The notes under the pieces were generated by a model. The model did no database searches, was not told the origin of the DNA, and worked only from the letters and a program-made list of their open reading frames with translations. Below, in pieces: positions 38,012 through 48,686 of a stretch of DNA of 64,000 bases. The position numbers were made by a program, and so were the translations under genes. The DNA is taken from the IMG/VR virus record IMGVR_UViG_3300010399_000032; one strand, written 5' to 3'. This stretch comes from a virus. Position 1 is the stretch's first letter, and the number at the start of each line of letters is the position of its first letter.

Positions 38012-41000
38012 TTATAGAGGTAGACCAAACCAACGTTGGGCTGCATCTGTTTTTGTTCCGAGAGGATTATTAGGTATTGTATTGGCCACAATTGCATCAT
38101 TGACACCAGTTGCATTGATAATAATATCTGGGGCTTGTCGAGTGTCAATCCAATTACAATCCGGTGGATCCATAACAACTGCACCTACCCATTGCGCTAA
38201 CATGTATGGTTGTACTTCTTCCCATTTAGTTGCCGCTGTCTGAGTAATTGCTAATTGTTCCGTAAACTGGAGTAGAGCAATTTGACCAGCAACCTGAGTA
38301 TTTGTGTTAGCAGTTACAGTAAACTGTGAAGCCACCACATTTTGTGCTGGGCGCATATTCTGTTTGGTGGTATCAATTGACACGAAATAATCAGGATTTG
38401 ATACATCGCCATATGACTGAGTTGAAAAATTATCAGTCAGGATACCATATTTAGTTCTTTCCAGACCATTTACATCCAAGATTGACATTGAAGCTGTTGC
38501 CGCTTCTAGTAAGCTAAGTGATTGATAATATTCAAGATTTGAAATACGAGTCTCAAGATTACCGATATCACGCATGGTATAGCGTTTATTTTCTACGAAT
38601 TGAACGCCAACATTAGCTGTTGAAATAGTATATGGATCGAGAGATAGTTTATAAAGAACCATTGAATCTGTCTGGAGAGGAGGTTCAATTGGATTTTTAC
38701 TTGAAATACCATCAACCACTCGGAAAGGATTATTCAAATCCTTAGTCATAATGACCGAAGATTTCCTTGGAAGATAAAAACTATAATCCTGAAGGAAGCC
38801 AGTACCATCATATGGTGCTCGGGCTTCATCAAGTTCATAGTTTGGTGTGGTCTGGGTCTTATTGGTTCTCACTGGTCGGAAATCAATACAATCACGGAGA
38901 CGATAAACCGTACCATCTGTGGCGGTATATGATGGAATTCCAGCATATGTTTCAGGAGAAATATATGAATCGACATTGAAGTAACCTAGACCATCTGATG
39001 AACCACCAGAATGATCATACCACTTGAAGCAAACTACAAGGGGACCAAGTTTTGGTGAGACTCCTGGTTTAAGTGATAGATGAGCAAAGTTATACCAAGT
39101 ATCACGTTGACCATTATCAAAATAGAAATCATTTGTGACATTATTGTATTGGGATAATAGGGCACCCGTCGAAACTGCGGTACCACTTAAATCATAAATG
39201 GCATCAATTGATTTAACGTCCGACATAAACATTTGCATCCATTCACCTGGTAAGTTGGATGGATTGGTAATAATGGCCTGCCCAGTGCCATCACCTACGG
39301 TATTAACTTGGACGGTTGTTATACCGGCCGAGGTATTTTGAGTAAGAGAAGTACCGGCAGCCAAAATATTTGTGGTATTAGAGCTACGGAGAGTTTTGGT
39401 CTTAGGCTTTGATTCAGAACCAGAATTGATATTAACTCGTACATAGGCGGTGAAAGGAATAGTTGCACCTTCACCTGGTACCTGGAGAGTTGCAGTCTGA
39501 CCACCGGCACCAATTGACACATTAGATAGAGAAATACGTTTACCATTGCCTGTACGGAAAGGAATAATTCCACTAAGAGTAGTTGTTGCCTGACCGGTCG
39601 AATCGTTGGTACTATAGAAAGTTTCACCGGAAGATAGAGAAATAGTTGCCACACCCGCACTAGAAAAAGCGGTTGGGTTAGGAATATATTTCATATACTG
39701 GTAGGTCTGATTAGAAATGGTATTTGGAGTTAACCATTGATCACCTACATCATAGAGCAGAGTTATTTGGTCGGTGTTATAAAGTCGCGCATAACCATTG
39801 GCACTATTTTTCGATGAAATATGTACATTAGCCGATGCAGCGGATGGGGCTCCAGAAGTGTAGGTTGAATTCTTGATGATGGAATTGGCTGAGTCGAAAT
39901 CCAAATCTACTGAAATATTTGAAGTTGCTGTAGGACCATTGATCCAGGTATCACCGATAGTAATAACTTTGGTGCCACCGTTCCAACCAGTAATAGTGTA
40001 TTTTTCACCGGCGCCGGCACCATTGATCACTCGGACCGTTGAACCAATATAGGCTCCATTAACAGAAGTGAATTTTCCTGTTGAGTCGTAAAGGGTTATA
40101 GTATTTGGTGTGCTGGATACTGCATTGGATGTTAGGTTAGCTAATCGGAAATCAAACAAAGAAATGGACAAAATGTCATTGTTTGAATCGGCTGCATTGA
40201 CCGTACCGTAATATTTGACCTGTGCAACACGAGCCGTACCAATTTTGGTTGATGAATAGGTTGTGGTACTGGTAGTATTAACCTGATTAACAAGGGCCGC
40301 ATGAATATCTACTAATTCCATAGCATTCGTATCAAAGGAATTGGCCACATTGGTCACATTTACATAATTACCGACCGTAAGAGTAGTATTACGATTGGTT
40401 ACGGCCTGAGTATCACGAGCTTTGGATAGATCAATTGCTTGCTGGGCAATAGATTCATATTCATATCCTTTGATATATGCTTTACCTGGACCAAGAATTG
40501 CTTGGAGTTTTGTATTATCGGTTGGATGATCATCTATTGCGAGATTGAAACGCCGAACCGTATATGAGCCAGACTCATCGAAGGTTCGGCGGGCCATGGT
40601 ATCACCGATAATGGAATATGTCGGAACTGTGACCTGGGATTGGACAACACCATTATTAACTCGCATAATTTCAATGAAGGCGGAATCATCGGTTGAAGTT
40701 AATGAGCGAACGGCCAAGTCAAAATTGATTTGAAGACGAGCCGCACCCGGTCCTTGATAATTTGATGATTCCTGTGCTGGATCTAGGAGAGAAGCATCAT
40801 CCGATTCAGTAATAATCGATTCAGTGAATTCCAGACCAACACGAGCATTGGCTTGGTTTGAATATTTGTCAATAACAACCGATTGCGCTGGAACTTTAAC
40901 AAAATATCCATTAATGAAGAAAATTCCATCATTAATGGATACCAATGAGGCTGGTCCATCAACCCCACTTAGGGCTGTATTAGCATAGGTATTTGCTGAT

Positions 41001-41458
41001 GATATAATGGAGGTTCCTGGATCAGTGAATTCCTGCCCAGTTAGGTATTTAACAATGAGGGTTGGTGGTTCGAGCGAGTTAGATTCGCGGGCATCATAAA
41101 CAATTGCTCGGACTGAGGTATTACCTGTTGAAAAGGTTACCGTATTTCCAATAAAGTCAGTTGCTTTAATATTGGTATTGGCATATTGTGATTGAAGATT
41201 CACATGTCGGGCAGTCGTATCAAGATAGATTTGACCACCCAAAACAAGAGAACCATTGGTGAAGATATTATTTCCGAAACGCTCAATTTGGTTCTGGAGA
41301 GCAGTTTGAAGTTGGGTTAATTCACGAGCCTGCACCGCATATCCTGGTCTGAATAACCAGCGATGAAAATTCTTATCCTCATTAAAATCGTCATAATAAG
41401 GGGTTAGGCGAGTCGCCGCCGGTACAACTTTGGTCGGTGCTATATTAGCCGTTGTCAT
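38012..41458 (-). CDS. Large baseplate/structural protein, N-terminal part of a DUF4815/VrlC-like protein
   Basis: PYYDDF...LFRPGYAVQARELTQLQ, ARRTFDESGSY and NKRYTMRDIG.LE.RI.NLEYY motifs. Confidence 0.85.
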   Translation of the reverse strand: MTTANIAPTKVVPAATRLTPYYDDFNEDKNFHRWLFRPGYAVQARELTQLQTALQNQIERFGNNIFTNGSLVLGGQIYLDTTARHVNLQSQYANTNIKATDFIGNTVTFSTGNTSVRAIVYDARESNSLEPPTLIVKYLTGQEFTDPGTSIISSANTYANTALSGVDGPASLVSINDGIFFINGYFVKVPAQSVVIDKYSNQANARVGLEFTESIITESDDASLLDPAQESSNYQGPGAARLQINFDLAVRSLTSTDDSAFIEIMRVNNGVVQSQVTVPTYSIIGDTMARRTFDESGSYTVRRFNLAIDDHPTDNTKLQAILGPGKAYIKGYEYESIAQQAIDLSKARDTQAVTNRNTTLTVGNYVNVTNVANSFDTNAMELVDIHAALVNQVNTTSTTTYSSTKIGTARVAQVKYYGTVNAADSNNDILSISLFDFRLANLTSNAVSSTPNTITLYDSTGKFTSVNGAYIGSTVRVINGAGAGEKYTITGWNGGTKVITIGDTWINGPTATSNISVDLDFDSANSIIKNSTYTSGAPSAASANVHISSKNSANGYARLYNTDQITLLYDVGDQWLTPNTISNQTYQYMKYIPNPTAFSSAGVATISLSSGETFYSTNDSTGQATTTLSGIIPFRTGNGKRISLSNVSIGAGGQTATLQVPGEGATIPFTAYVRVNINSGSESKPKTKTLRSSNTTNILAAGTSLTQNTSAGITTVQVNTVGDGTGQAIITNPSNLPGEWMQMFMSDVKSIDAIYDLSGTAVSTGALLSQYNNVTNDFYFDNGQRDTWYNFAHLSLKPGVSPKLGPLVVCFKWYDHSGGSSDGLGYFNVDSYISPETYAGIPSYTATDGTVYRLRDCIDFRPVRTNKTQTTPNYELDEARAPYDGTGFLQDYSFYLPRKSSVIMTKDLNNPFRVVDGISSKNPIEPPLQTDSMVLYKLSLDPYTISTANVGVQFVENKRYTMRDIGNLETRISNLEYYQSLSLLEAATASMSILDVNGLERTKYGILTDNFSTQSYGDVSNPDYFVSIDTTKQNMRPAQNVVASQFTVTANTNTQVAGQIALLQFTEQLAITQTAATKWEEVQPYMLAQWVGAVVMDPPDCNWIDTRQAPDIIINATGVNDAIVANTIPNNPLGTKTDAAQRWFGLPL

Positions 41459-41470
41459 ATGGTGTTCCTA

Positions 41471-42796
41471 TTAGAATTTTAAGAGAATTTGGAATGATTC
41501 TGTTTGGTCTGCCGCTCGGATGATCGGGCCAAGGTTATCCAGATACAATATTTGACCTGAATATTTAGCCAAATCACCAACAATAGAACTGGTCAAGAAC
41601 CTGGTTGTTGATGAATTTACACCAACAACCGTGCCGGCCGCTGGTGTACCTACAGCATTGATGACCTGGGTAATACCATTTGCAGAATCCCAAGTTAAAA
41701 CTGTAGCGGAGAAAGTGGATTCATCGAGAGATTTACCTTGATAAACGGTTTCATCTGCTATGTAATCTCCTGAACCGGTGGTTGCTAATGTATATCCTTG
41801 AAAAAATGCAGAATTTGTGGTTGGTGTAACACCGTCCGCATCCAATGGATTTAGAAGTAAGGCAATTTTCCTATAATCATTTGATGCTGGGAGGACGCCA
41901 TTTTCGTCTCGGATAAGTTGAGGATTGAGGACTAGATATGACCCACCCAATTCATTAACTGGATCCGATCCATGCCCACCTGGTGGAGAAATAATAGCAG
42001 TCGCGGCCGCCCCAGAACCACCGCCTCCCGTAATGGAAATAGATGCAAAGGAATATCCAACACCTGGAGACGTTACCAATATAGATTGTAATGTGTTTGC
42101 TGCCGTATTCACCGTTGGTAATGTTTGAATACCAGCACCATCACCTGTAACTGTGATAATTAAATTAGCTGAATTACTATAGTTACTTCCTGGATTATCC
42201 ACGATAATATTATGAATACCCCCATTAATCGCGTTTTCTTGCACCAACCATTGGAGGGTACCATCTGTGCTTGAGAGGGTTTTTACGGGAACATAATTTG
42301 TTGTGGTGAACCTGAGAAGGTCCTGATCCGATAGATTATACATGAATTTCCAGATATAACCGTCGGCTGTCTGTATGGTATTTTGAGAATTAATTGCAGA
42401 TGGTTCAATGGTCGAGGCACTTCCGCCATTATTTGAGATACATTTATAAACAGAGAATGCAGAAGTTACAACATAGATAGGATCGGCAATATTGAACATG
42501 TCCGTATCACGATGATCATATTGCTTATAAACCGTACCTGTTGCCCAGTTGTTTCGTGGTATGGCATGTCGAATGTCATTACCTGTGATTTTTTTACCAC
42601 CAATCATTATGTTCCATAGATCATAGATGGTAGAAATTGCAGTATTTGGAGTATCAGGAGAAGCATCGTTGGCCCATGGAGAGGGTTTACCATATGCCAA
42701 ATATAGCGAGGTATTTGGGGTAGCTCCCGCAGTTACCATTCGCTTGAATTGCTCGGCATTATTAACGTTTAGTGTGATATATGAAACTGAAGGCAT
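41471..42796 (-). CDS. 8: Baseplate wedge subunit (gp8)
   Basis: VYKCISNN, DGYIWKFMY and PPGGHGSDPVNELG motifs; TATAAATA at 42806-42813. Confidence 0.9.
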   Translation of the reverse strand: MPSVSYITLNVNNAEQFKRMVTAGATPNTSLYLAYGKPSPWANDASPDTPNTAISTIYDLWNIMIGGKKITGNDIRHAIPRNNWATGTVYKQYDHRDTDMFNIADPIYVVTSAFSVYKCISNNGGSASTIEPSAINSQNTIQTADGYIWKFMYNLSDQDLLRFTTTNYVPVKTLSSTDGTLQWLVQENAINGGIHNIIVDNPGSNYSNSANLIITVTGDGAGIQTLPTVNTAANTLQSILVTSPGVGYSFASISITGGGGSGAAATAIISPPGGHGSDPVNELGGSYLVLNPQLIRDENGVLPASNDYRKIALLLNPLDADGVTPTTNSAFFQGYTLATTGSGDYIADETVYQGKSLDESTFSATVLTWDSANGITQVINAVGTPAAGTVVGVNSSTTRFLTSSIVGDLAKYSGQILYLDNLGPIIRAADQTESFQILLKF

Positions 42797-42808
42797 GATT
42801 GTTCCTAT

Positions 42809-45190
42809 TTATACTGTCAGGGTTAATATACCCACATCAACATTTCCTGAGGTATTGTTTGCGAAAGCTAAAAGTACGTCAAAAGTTGCTGCAACTGAAT
42901 TTGACCCATTTGCTGTTACCGAAGGTGTTGAAGTATAATCTATACCATAATTTAATACATTGACAGATACGATTGATCCATTTGAATTAATAGTATAGTA
43001 TGCATTGGCTCCGGAACCGTCTCCTGTAATTACCAAATTGCTATTGGAATTATACAATCGTCCAGCATTATTAATGGCAATGGATAAGATATTGCTATAT
43101 TGTTTGACTGTAAACCAATTGGTGTGAGAGTTATTGGTTACTTTATAGATACCATTTGTAACATTATTAATCGATACATTTTCGGTGAAACTTAGATAGA
43201 CAGAATCGTTGACCTTGGTATTCTGGGTTGCATAGGAAATATTGATGGTATTTCCCGTCTTAATGAACGTTTCATGATTGAATTTGATGAAACCAGCATC
43301 CTTTTGACTAGTAGGTGCAGTATAATTCTGGTTTTCTTCTAATAAGGTATATTCACCAAACATCTTCATTCCTGCCGGATGTACAAGTTCCTTGAACATT
43401 TTACGGTAATTGTCAATGGATTCTTGTACTCTCACAACATACGAGAAGTTTTGGTAATAATCTCGGTCTTGTAGAAAATTGAATGAACTAACCTGACCAT
43501 CATCATTAAGATATCTACCCGGATAGGTAAATACACCATCCAAGATAGATGCTGTGGCTGTTGCGGTACCATCACCCGATTGGGACAAATCGATGGTAGG
43601 AGCCGTATCATAATTGAAACCAGCGCTGGTAATGGTGATCTTTTGAATGGCGCCCAGAGTAGTATTTGAACTTTGGAAATCTCCACCCGTACCTAGAAGT
43701 TCTGTAGCTACAATAATTGCCCCATGACCACCACCCGGGCTATTAACTGTTGCGGTAGGCATAAAGTTTATATCATAACCTTCTCCGCCAATCATATGGT
43801 TGGTTATGGGGATGAAACGGGTGGCCGTAATGGCTCCTGTTCCGTTGACCGTGAAAACATTGGCCGCGGCCGCCAAACCATATCCACCGGTAACATTAGT
43901 GAATTCAATAGTGTCACCTACAGAATAACCGGCGCCACCATTCTGAATAACCAATCTCCCAAGTACACCAAGTTCACGAATTCTAGTATTGGCAACCACA
44001 CCAATGCTTGGTATAGACTCAAAATTAAGCCCCGGATCAACAATATTGATAGTGGCCGCCGGACCTGTATTGGCATAAACAAACGAAGTTAAGGAATTCA
44101 TGATAGCCGAATTCATTGGATTTGATAATCCAGAATTCAAATTCGAATAGATTGAGTTATTGATAGGTGTATTAGCCTCGGCCGAAATAAGTGAAATCCA
44201 AATATTATAGGTATTTGGATGAACCGAACCATCAGGAGTAACAGATGAAATATATGCATTGGCTCCGGAACCACCTCCACCAATGATCAGTAAGTTGTTA
44301 TTTGTTTGATATCCAGCGCCACCTTCAATAACGGTGATTGTTGAAATATTACCCGTGGCCACCTGGGTAACAAGTGCCGATCCACCATTTCCTATGTTTG
44401 CACCTGAAGTATCTTTGGCTGAAATGATAATTACAGGATCACCCACATTATAGTGTGATCCTGGGTTATCTAAGATGATATTGGTAATGATAGAATTGTA
44501 AATATCGGCGGAAATGTTATGAGTTTGCCCATTACCATCCAAAAACACCGTTGAAATGTTTTCCCCGGATTTAAATGTTCCTGTGATGCTTGAAAGGGTT
44601 AATTCATCAATTTGGGTACCAGATTCATAGAAACGGTCATGAGATTCGACAATGGCCGTGGCACCTGAGGTATTACCTGTGATACTGGTATTAATGAATT
44701 CATCCATACCTCCAACCGAATTATTGGCAACACCATCAATAGAATTATTAAGAATTCTAAGGGTTTTTTGGATATACCATTTTCCATCCGATGCTCGGAG
44801 AACGTCTTTTTTGGGATAATAGAAGGTTAGTTCCTGCCCATATACCGCGCGCATAAGGAACTTAAAAGATTTCTCCGTACCTTTAGCTCTATAGAAATCT
44901 TTAGCCCGTTTCAAGATAATGGTCTTATCAGCTAAAGTGGTTGTTGGAAAATTAACTAGATATTTGTCATACAACTTATCGGATAGGGCATCCATGGTTG
45001 TATCAATATCATTATAATTTAATAGATTGCGTGACCTTTCGACCACATGCCCAAATTCGGGCGTGGTATTGGCCTGTTCCAAATATCTATAATATGCGGA
45101 AAGGAAATCAAGAAAGGTTTGGTGATCATTGCGTACAAAGAACGGAGCTTGTTCCGCTACAAGTATGCTGATCTTATTATTCGTTGCCAT
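42809..45190 (-). CDS. 7: Baseplate wedge initiator (gp7-like)
   Basis: FYRAKGTEKSFKFL, QDRDYYQNFSYVV and VHPAGMKMFG motifs. Confidence 0.85.
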   Translation of the reverse strand: MATNNKISILVAEQAPFFVRNDHQTFLDFLSAYYRYLEQANTTPEFGHVVERSRNLLNYNDIDTTMDALSDKLYDKYLVNFPTTTLADKTIILKRAKDFYRAKGTEKSFKFLMRAVYGQELTFYYPKKDVLRASDGKWYIQKTLRILNNSIDGVANNSVGGMDEFINTSITGNTSGATAIVESHDRFYESGTQIDELTLSSITGTFKSGENISTVFLDGNGQTHNISADIYNSIITNIILDNPGSHYNVGDPVIIISAKDTSGANIGNGGSALVTQVATGNISTITVIEGGAGYQTNNNLLIIGGGGSGANAYISSVTPDGSVHPNTYNIWISLISAEANTPINNSIYSNLNSGLSNPMNSAIMNSLTSFVYANTGPAATINIVDPGLNFESIPSIGVVANTRIRELGVLGRLVIQNGGAGYSVGDTIEFTNVTGGYGLAAAANVFTVNGTGAITATRFIPITNHMIGGEGYDINFMPTATVNSPGGGHGAIIVATELLGTGGDFQSSNTTLGAIQKITITSAGFNYDTAPTIDLSQSGDGTATATASILDGVFTYPGRYLNDDGQVSSFNFLQDRDYYQNFSYVVRVQESIDNYRKMFKELVHPAGMKMFGEYTLLEENQNYTAPTSQKDAGFIKFNHETFIKTGNTINISYATQNTKVNDSVYLSFTENVSINNVTNGIYKVTNNSHTNWFTVKQYSNILSIAINNAGRLYNSNSNLVITGDGSGANAYYTINSNGSIVSVNVLNYGIDYTSTPSVTANGSNSVAATFDVLLAFANNTSGNVDVGILTLTV

Positions 45191-45193
45191 TTA

Positions 45194-47263
45194 TTAAGCT
45201 TCCGGTACCAAAGTAATAATAATTGAGCCGGGGTCGTTAGCATCAATATCAAGAATACGATCCCGAACAGGAGTAATCACCTCATTATATGGGCGTGCAT
45301 TGAATGTCAAGATATTCAGAGGATACCTATCATTTTCAGATACGGCCGATGGATCGAGTGAGTTAATGATTATTGTTCCTTTGACATAATCAATGGTTCC
45401 GATATTATCATTGACGATGACTTTTTCACCATTTCCCTTATAGTAATATGACCTAAGGGTACCATTTCGTGCTTGGAGACTGACTGAGGCCGTCGCTCCG
45501 GCACCCGAATCTGAAGTAATTTGTGCGGTGGCCGTGGTATAATCTACACCACGATTTGTGATTATGATACCGTTTATTCGACCATTAACAATTTGGGCCT
45601 CGGCCGTTGCTCCTGAACCATCACCAACTATTGTCACCGTTGGAGGAGTAAGATATCCTGACCCTGTAGCCAAGACCGTAATTGCATCTAAACCTGCTAG
45701 AGAATTTGGAGTATCTTCAATAAAAACTTGTCGGGCGATTCCTTGATTATCCAAAACTGTAATATCTGGATAGGTATAGAATTTATCCTCAATAACACCA
45801 CGATAAAGAGGTGTACTGAAATTGAATGAATAAATTTTATCTTCATTCAAAACAATCGATGCACGTTTTTGTAAGAATAGGCGTACAGATGATCCAATAA
45901 TAGATTCATGAGCATTATCAATGGCTCTTTGTACTCGGGAAATTCGGAAGGTACTATCAAAAGTATCTAAATCCGATGCTTTATAATCCAATATAGCCTG
46001 ACGGATCAACTGAGTAAGTTGAGTTTCATCAAGGTCCGTTCTTTGAGGATCATAATTTACAGTTATATTCAGGAGTATATATGTATAATCCGGATCAACA
46101 ATTTCTGGTGTTACGGTTAAAACTGATCGTTCGGAAATGATTTTATTGATAATATTCTGTTTTTCAGCTAAGGAAATAATATAATCCTGCTTTGGTTTCA
46201 TTGCAATAAAGACCTTACCATATACAGGAGGATCATTTTCATCACCCGACCAAACTGAAATGGCATCAATATTTGGATAATCATCCAAAAGGAGAGATTG
46301 ATAATCATTCTTGGTAACGGCTCGATTTTGAGCGGTGAATGCAATCGGGGATCGGGCCCTGATTTGTTCTATTGTTTCTTTATTGGCTCCACCTGCGGCT
46401 GATGAGACTGGTGTAACAATAACATTTGCGCTATATCCTGAAATGACTGTAGTAGGAGCAAAATTATTAGCTTTATTTCCATAGATTCCACTCGTATCTA
46501 GATATTTGACGGTGATAATATTGTCTTGCCCCAATTTTTGCCCTAATACACCATCTCCAAAAGTTAAGTTATAGTATCCTTCCGTGATTGGATTTTCTTC
46601 TAGGAAATAAACTTGAGAATTGGCCGTAACCTCTGTTAAATCATTGGCTTCTTGATAAATCCAAGTAGTTGTATTTGCAGATGAAGCCTGCACGGAGACG
46701 GTAATGGTTTCAGTATCCACATTTGCTGACGGAATAACAAACTTATTTGTGTTATTGACTGCAAATTTTTGTGTGATGGGCTGCCCTTGTACGATGGATA
46801 CATTTGCAAAATTGAATGCTCCATCAATTTTCGAAACCGTATTTGCTGTAACCGTAGAAAAGATATAGCTAATCCCATCTACAGGAGCCGAAGTGAATGT
46901 TGTATATACTGGGAGGGTACACGTTCCAGTGATAGTATCTTCGGAACCTGTAGGTGTAATAGTGAGATTAATTAAAGCTTCCGCTCCTTTCATACTGGTG
47001 GGGCGGTAGTCGATTTGTTTGGCATGGGAAACGATAGATGACCTTAATTGTGCAGTATCCAAAAACATTTCATTGCCGACCATATTGAGGTAATATCCCA
47101 TATAGTGTGTATTATAGGCCAAAAGGTCGATGAGAACTGACATACCAGCCCCATCAAAGTCATAATCGGAAAACTCGCTTTGTTGTCTGAGGAAGGTAAT
47201 AAGATTGCTTCTGATTTGGTCAAAATCTAACTCAGCAACACGAAAAGGGGCTTGGGCAGTCAT
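45194..47263 (-). CDS. 6: Baseplate wedge subunit (gp6)
   Basis: LDFDQI, FSDYDFDG, LAYNTHY, NEMFLDTA, QNRAVTKNDY and YGKVFI motifs. Confidence 0.95.
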   Translation of the reverse strand: MTAQAPFRVAELDFDQIRSNLITFLRQQSEFSDYDFDGAGMSVLIDLLAYNTHYMGYYLNMVGNEMFLDTAQLRSSIVSHAKQIDYRPTSMKGAEALINLTITPTGSEDTITGTCTLPVYTTFTSAPVDGISYIFSTVTANTVSKIDGAFNFANVSIVQGQPITQKFAVNNTNKFVIPSANVDTETITVSVQASSANTTTWIYQEANDLTEVTANSQVYFLEENPITEGYYNLTFGDGVLGQKLGQDNIITVKYLDTSGIYGNKANNFAPTTVISGYSANVIVTPVSSAAGGANKETIEQIRARSPIAFTAQNRAVTKNDYQSLLLDDYPNIDAISVWSGDENDPPVYGKVFIAMKPKQDYIISLAEKQNIINKIISERSVLTVTPEIVDPDYTYILLNITVNYDPQRTDLDETQLTQLIRQAILDYKASDLDTFDSTFRISRVQRAIDNAHESIIGSSVRLFLQKRASIVLNEDKIYSFNFSTPLYRGVIEDKFYTYPDITVLDNQGIARQVFIEDTPNSLAGLDAITVLATGSGYLTPPTVTIVGDGSGATAEAQIVNGRINGIIITNRGVDYTTATAQITSDSGAGATASVSLQARNGTLRSYYYKGNGEKVIVNDNIGTIDYVKGTIIINSLDPSAVSENDRYPLNILTFNARPYNEVITPVRDRILDIDANDPGSIIITLVPEA

Positions 47264-47662
47264 TTATCGGATTCTCTCCAAGAAAATTGTAACTTGATAT
47301 GGTTCTGGGCGGTTTACAATGGTAAACGCGAGGGTGGCTTGATAACCATTATTATCGGGATCAGCCAATACTTTAACACCTAAAAGGGTTACTCGTGGTT
47401 CGAAATTGTCAATAACTTGAGAGATATGGTCTTCCAAGAGATTTGCTGTCATACTAGAAATGTTATCGAATAACAACCTTTGAGCACTAGAACCAAGATA
47501 TGGGCGGAATGGTCGATCATAGAAATTGGTAAGGATAAGGTTTCTAACTGACCGGGCGACGGCATCCGGACCAAATAACCGAACAATATCACCCGTGACC
47601 GGGTGACGAATGAAATCTAAGTTGAGGTCCGAATAATCGTTTTGACGAGAGATTATAGCCAT
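47264..47662 (-). CDS. 25: Baseplate wedge subunit (gp25)
   Basis: YSDLNL, SVRNLILT...RPF.P..GS and EPRV motifs. Confidence 0.93.
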   Translation of the reverse strand: MAIISRQNDYSDLNLDFIRHPVTGDIVRLFGPDAVARSVRNLILTNFYDRPFRPYLGSSAQRLLFDNISSMTANLLEDHISQVIDNFEPRVTLLGVKVLADPDNNGYQATLAFTIVNRPEPYQVTIFLERIR

Positions 47663-47672
47663 GGTATTTTAT

Positions 47673-47960
47673 TTATCCATAGACGAAAACATTTGGGCTG
47701 GCCGTTTCCGGATCAGTTGGAGGCGGTGGATGATTGGCATCATCGGGTTGAGCCTGGTCCCCTACAGCACAGATAACATGTTTTCCGTGAATATAGACGT
47801 TTTTTTCTCCATAAACAGCTATTAATTGCCCGTTGCCATGGGTTTCAGGATCACCTTCTACTGCCCATAGTTTATTGTTCACATACACATCATTTTGGTT
47901 AGTGACGGTTGTTAGGGCAGAACAGAATCTTAAATCTTCGTCTCGGTGAGCGCCTGGCAT
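47673..47960 (-). CDS. 5.4: PAAR-like spike tip (gp5.4); start ATG 47960
   Basis: MPGAHR..D.R.C, GD..TH, H...P...S.NVF pattern; AGGA SD. Confidence 0.75.
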   Translation of the reverse strand: MPGAHRDEDLRFCSALTTVTNQNDVYVNNKLWAVEGDPETHGNGQLIAVYGEKNVYIHGKHVICAVGDQAQPDDANHPPPPTDPETASPNVFVYG

Positions 47961-48083
47961 GATTTCCTTTGTTGCTTTTTTCTGCATAATGTTCATTATA
48001 AGCAGCATTAAGTCACTTAGTGTCACTTTAAATGAACATTAAGGTATTTCATTAATGCGCCTGGATCCACTCTCCGGGCGCTT

Positions 48084-48686
48084 TTACGGATTTATATCAA
48101 CCTTGGTTGATCCGATAACGGTTAGGATAGCATCCGATCTAACCAAAGCATCCGAGGCTGACCAAACAGCCAACTTGTTTCCGGCGGTAAATACTGCATT
48201 GGTTGCAGCGTGTAAATTGACATTATCCGCAGTCAATTCAAATTTTTCTTTAATCTTAGTGGTCATATTCTTGGCTGCAATGGAATAAGTTCCATTGACC
48301 GTCAATTTCATATCCCCACCGACATGCCAATCCATATCACCATCTACTCGGATACCCATATCACCAGTAACTTGAATGTTATATAAACCGGTAACCTTTA
48401 CATATCCTTCTCCGTTTATTTCGATTCCCATTTTTCCGTTTTGGGAAACAAGTCGAACCGATCCATCGGGTTGCATTTGCAATATTGATCCGGATCGGTG
48501 TTGGAGAGTAATATGTTCAACTCCCTCATTATCATTGAACTCTAGATTATGCCCAGATAACGTCTTATGTCGGGCAGTATGGAGAAGGTTATCAGCCTTA
48601 GAATCATTTCTAACATCGGGGAGAGAATCAATATGATCTTGTTGAGTTTTATTGGCAACGGTGGGTGTATAGCTATATGATGCCAT
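48084..48686 (-). CDS. 5: Baseplate spike, gp5 C-terminal beta-helix part; start probably ATG 48686
   Basis: TLSGHNLEFND..G.E.I...HRSGS and V.G repeats. Confidence 0.8.
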   Translation of the reverse strand: MASYSYTPTVANKTQQDHIDSLPDVRNDSKADNLLHTARHKTLSGHNLEFNDNEGVEHITLQHRSGSILQMQPDGSVRLVSQNGKMGIEINGEGYVKVTGLYNIQVTGDMGIRVDGDMDWHVGGDMKLTVNGTYSIAAKNMTTKIKEKFELTADNVNLHAATNAVFTAGNKLAVWSASDALVRSDAILTVIGSTKVDINP

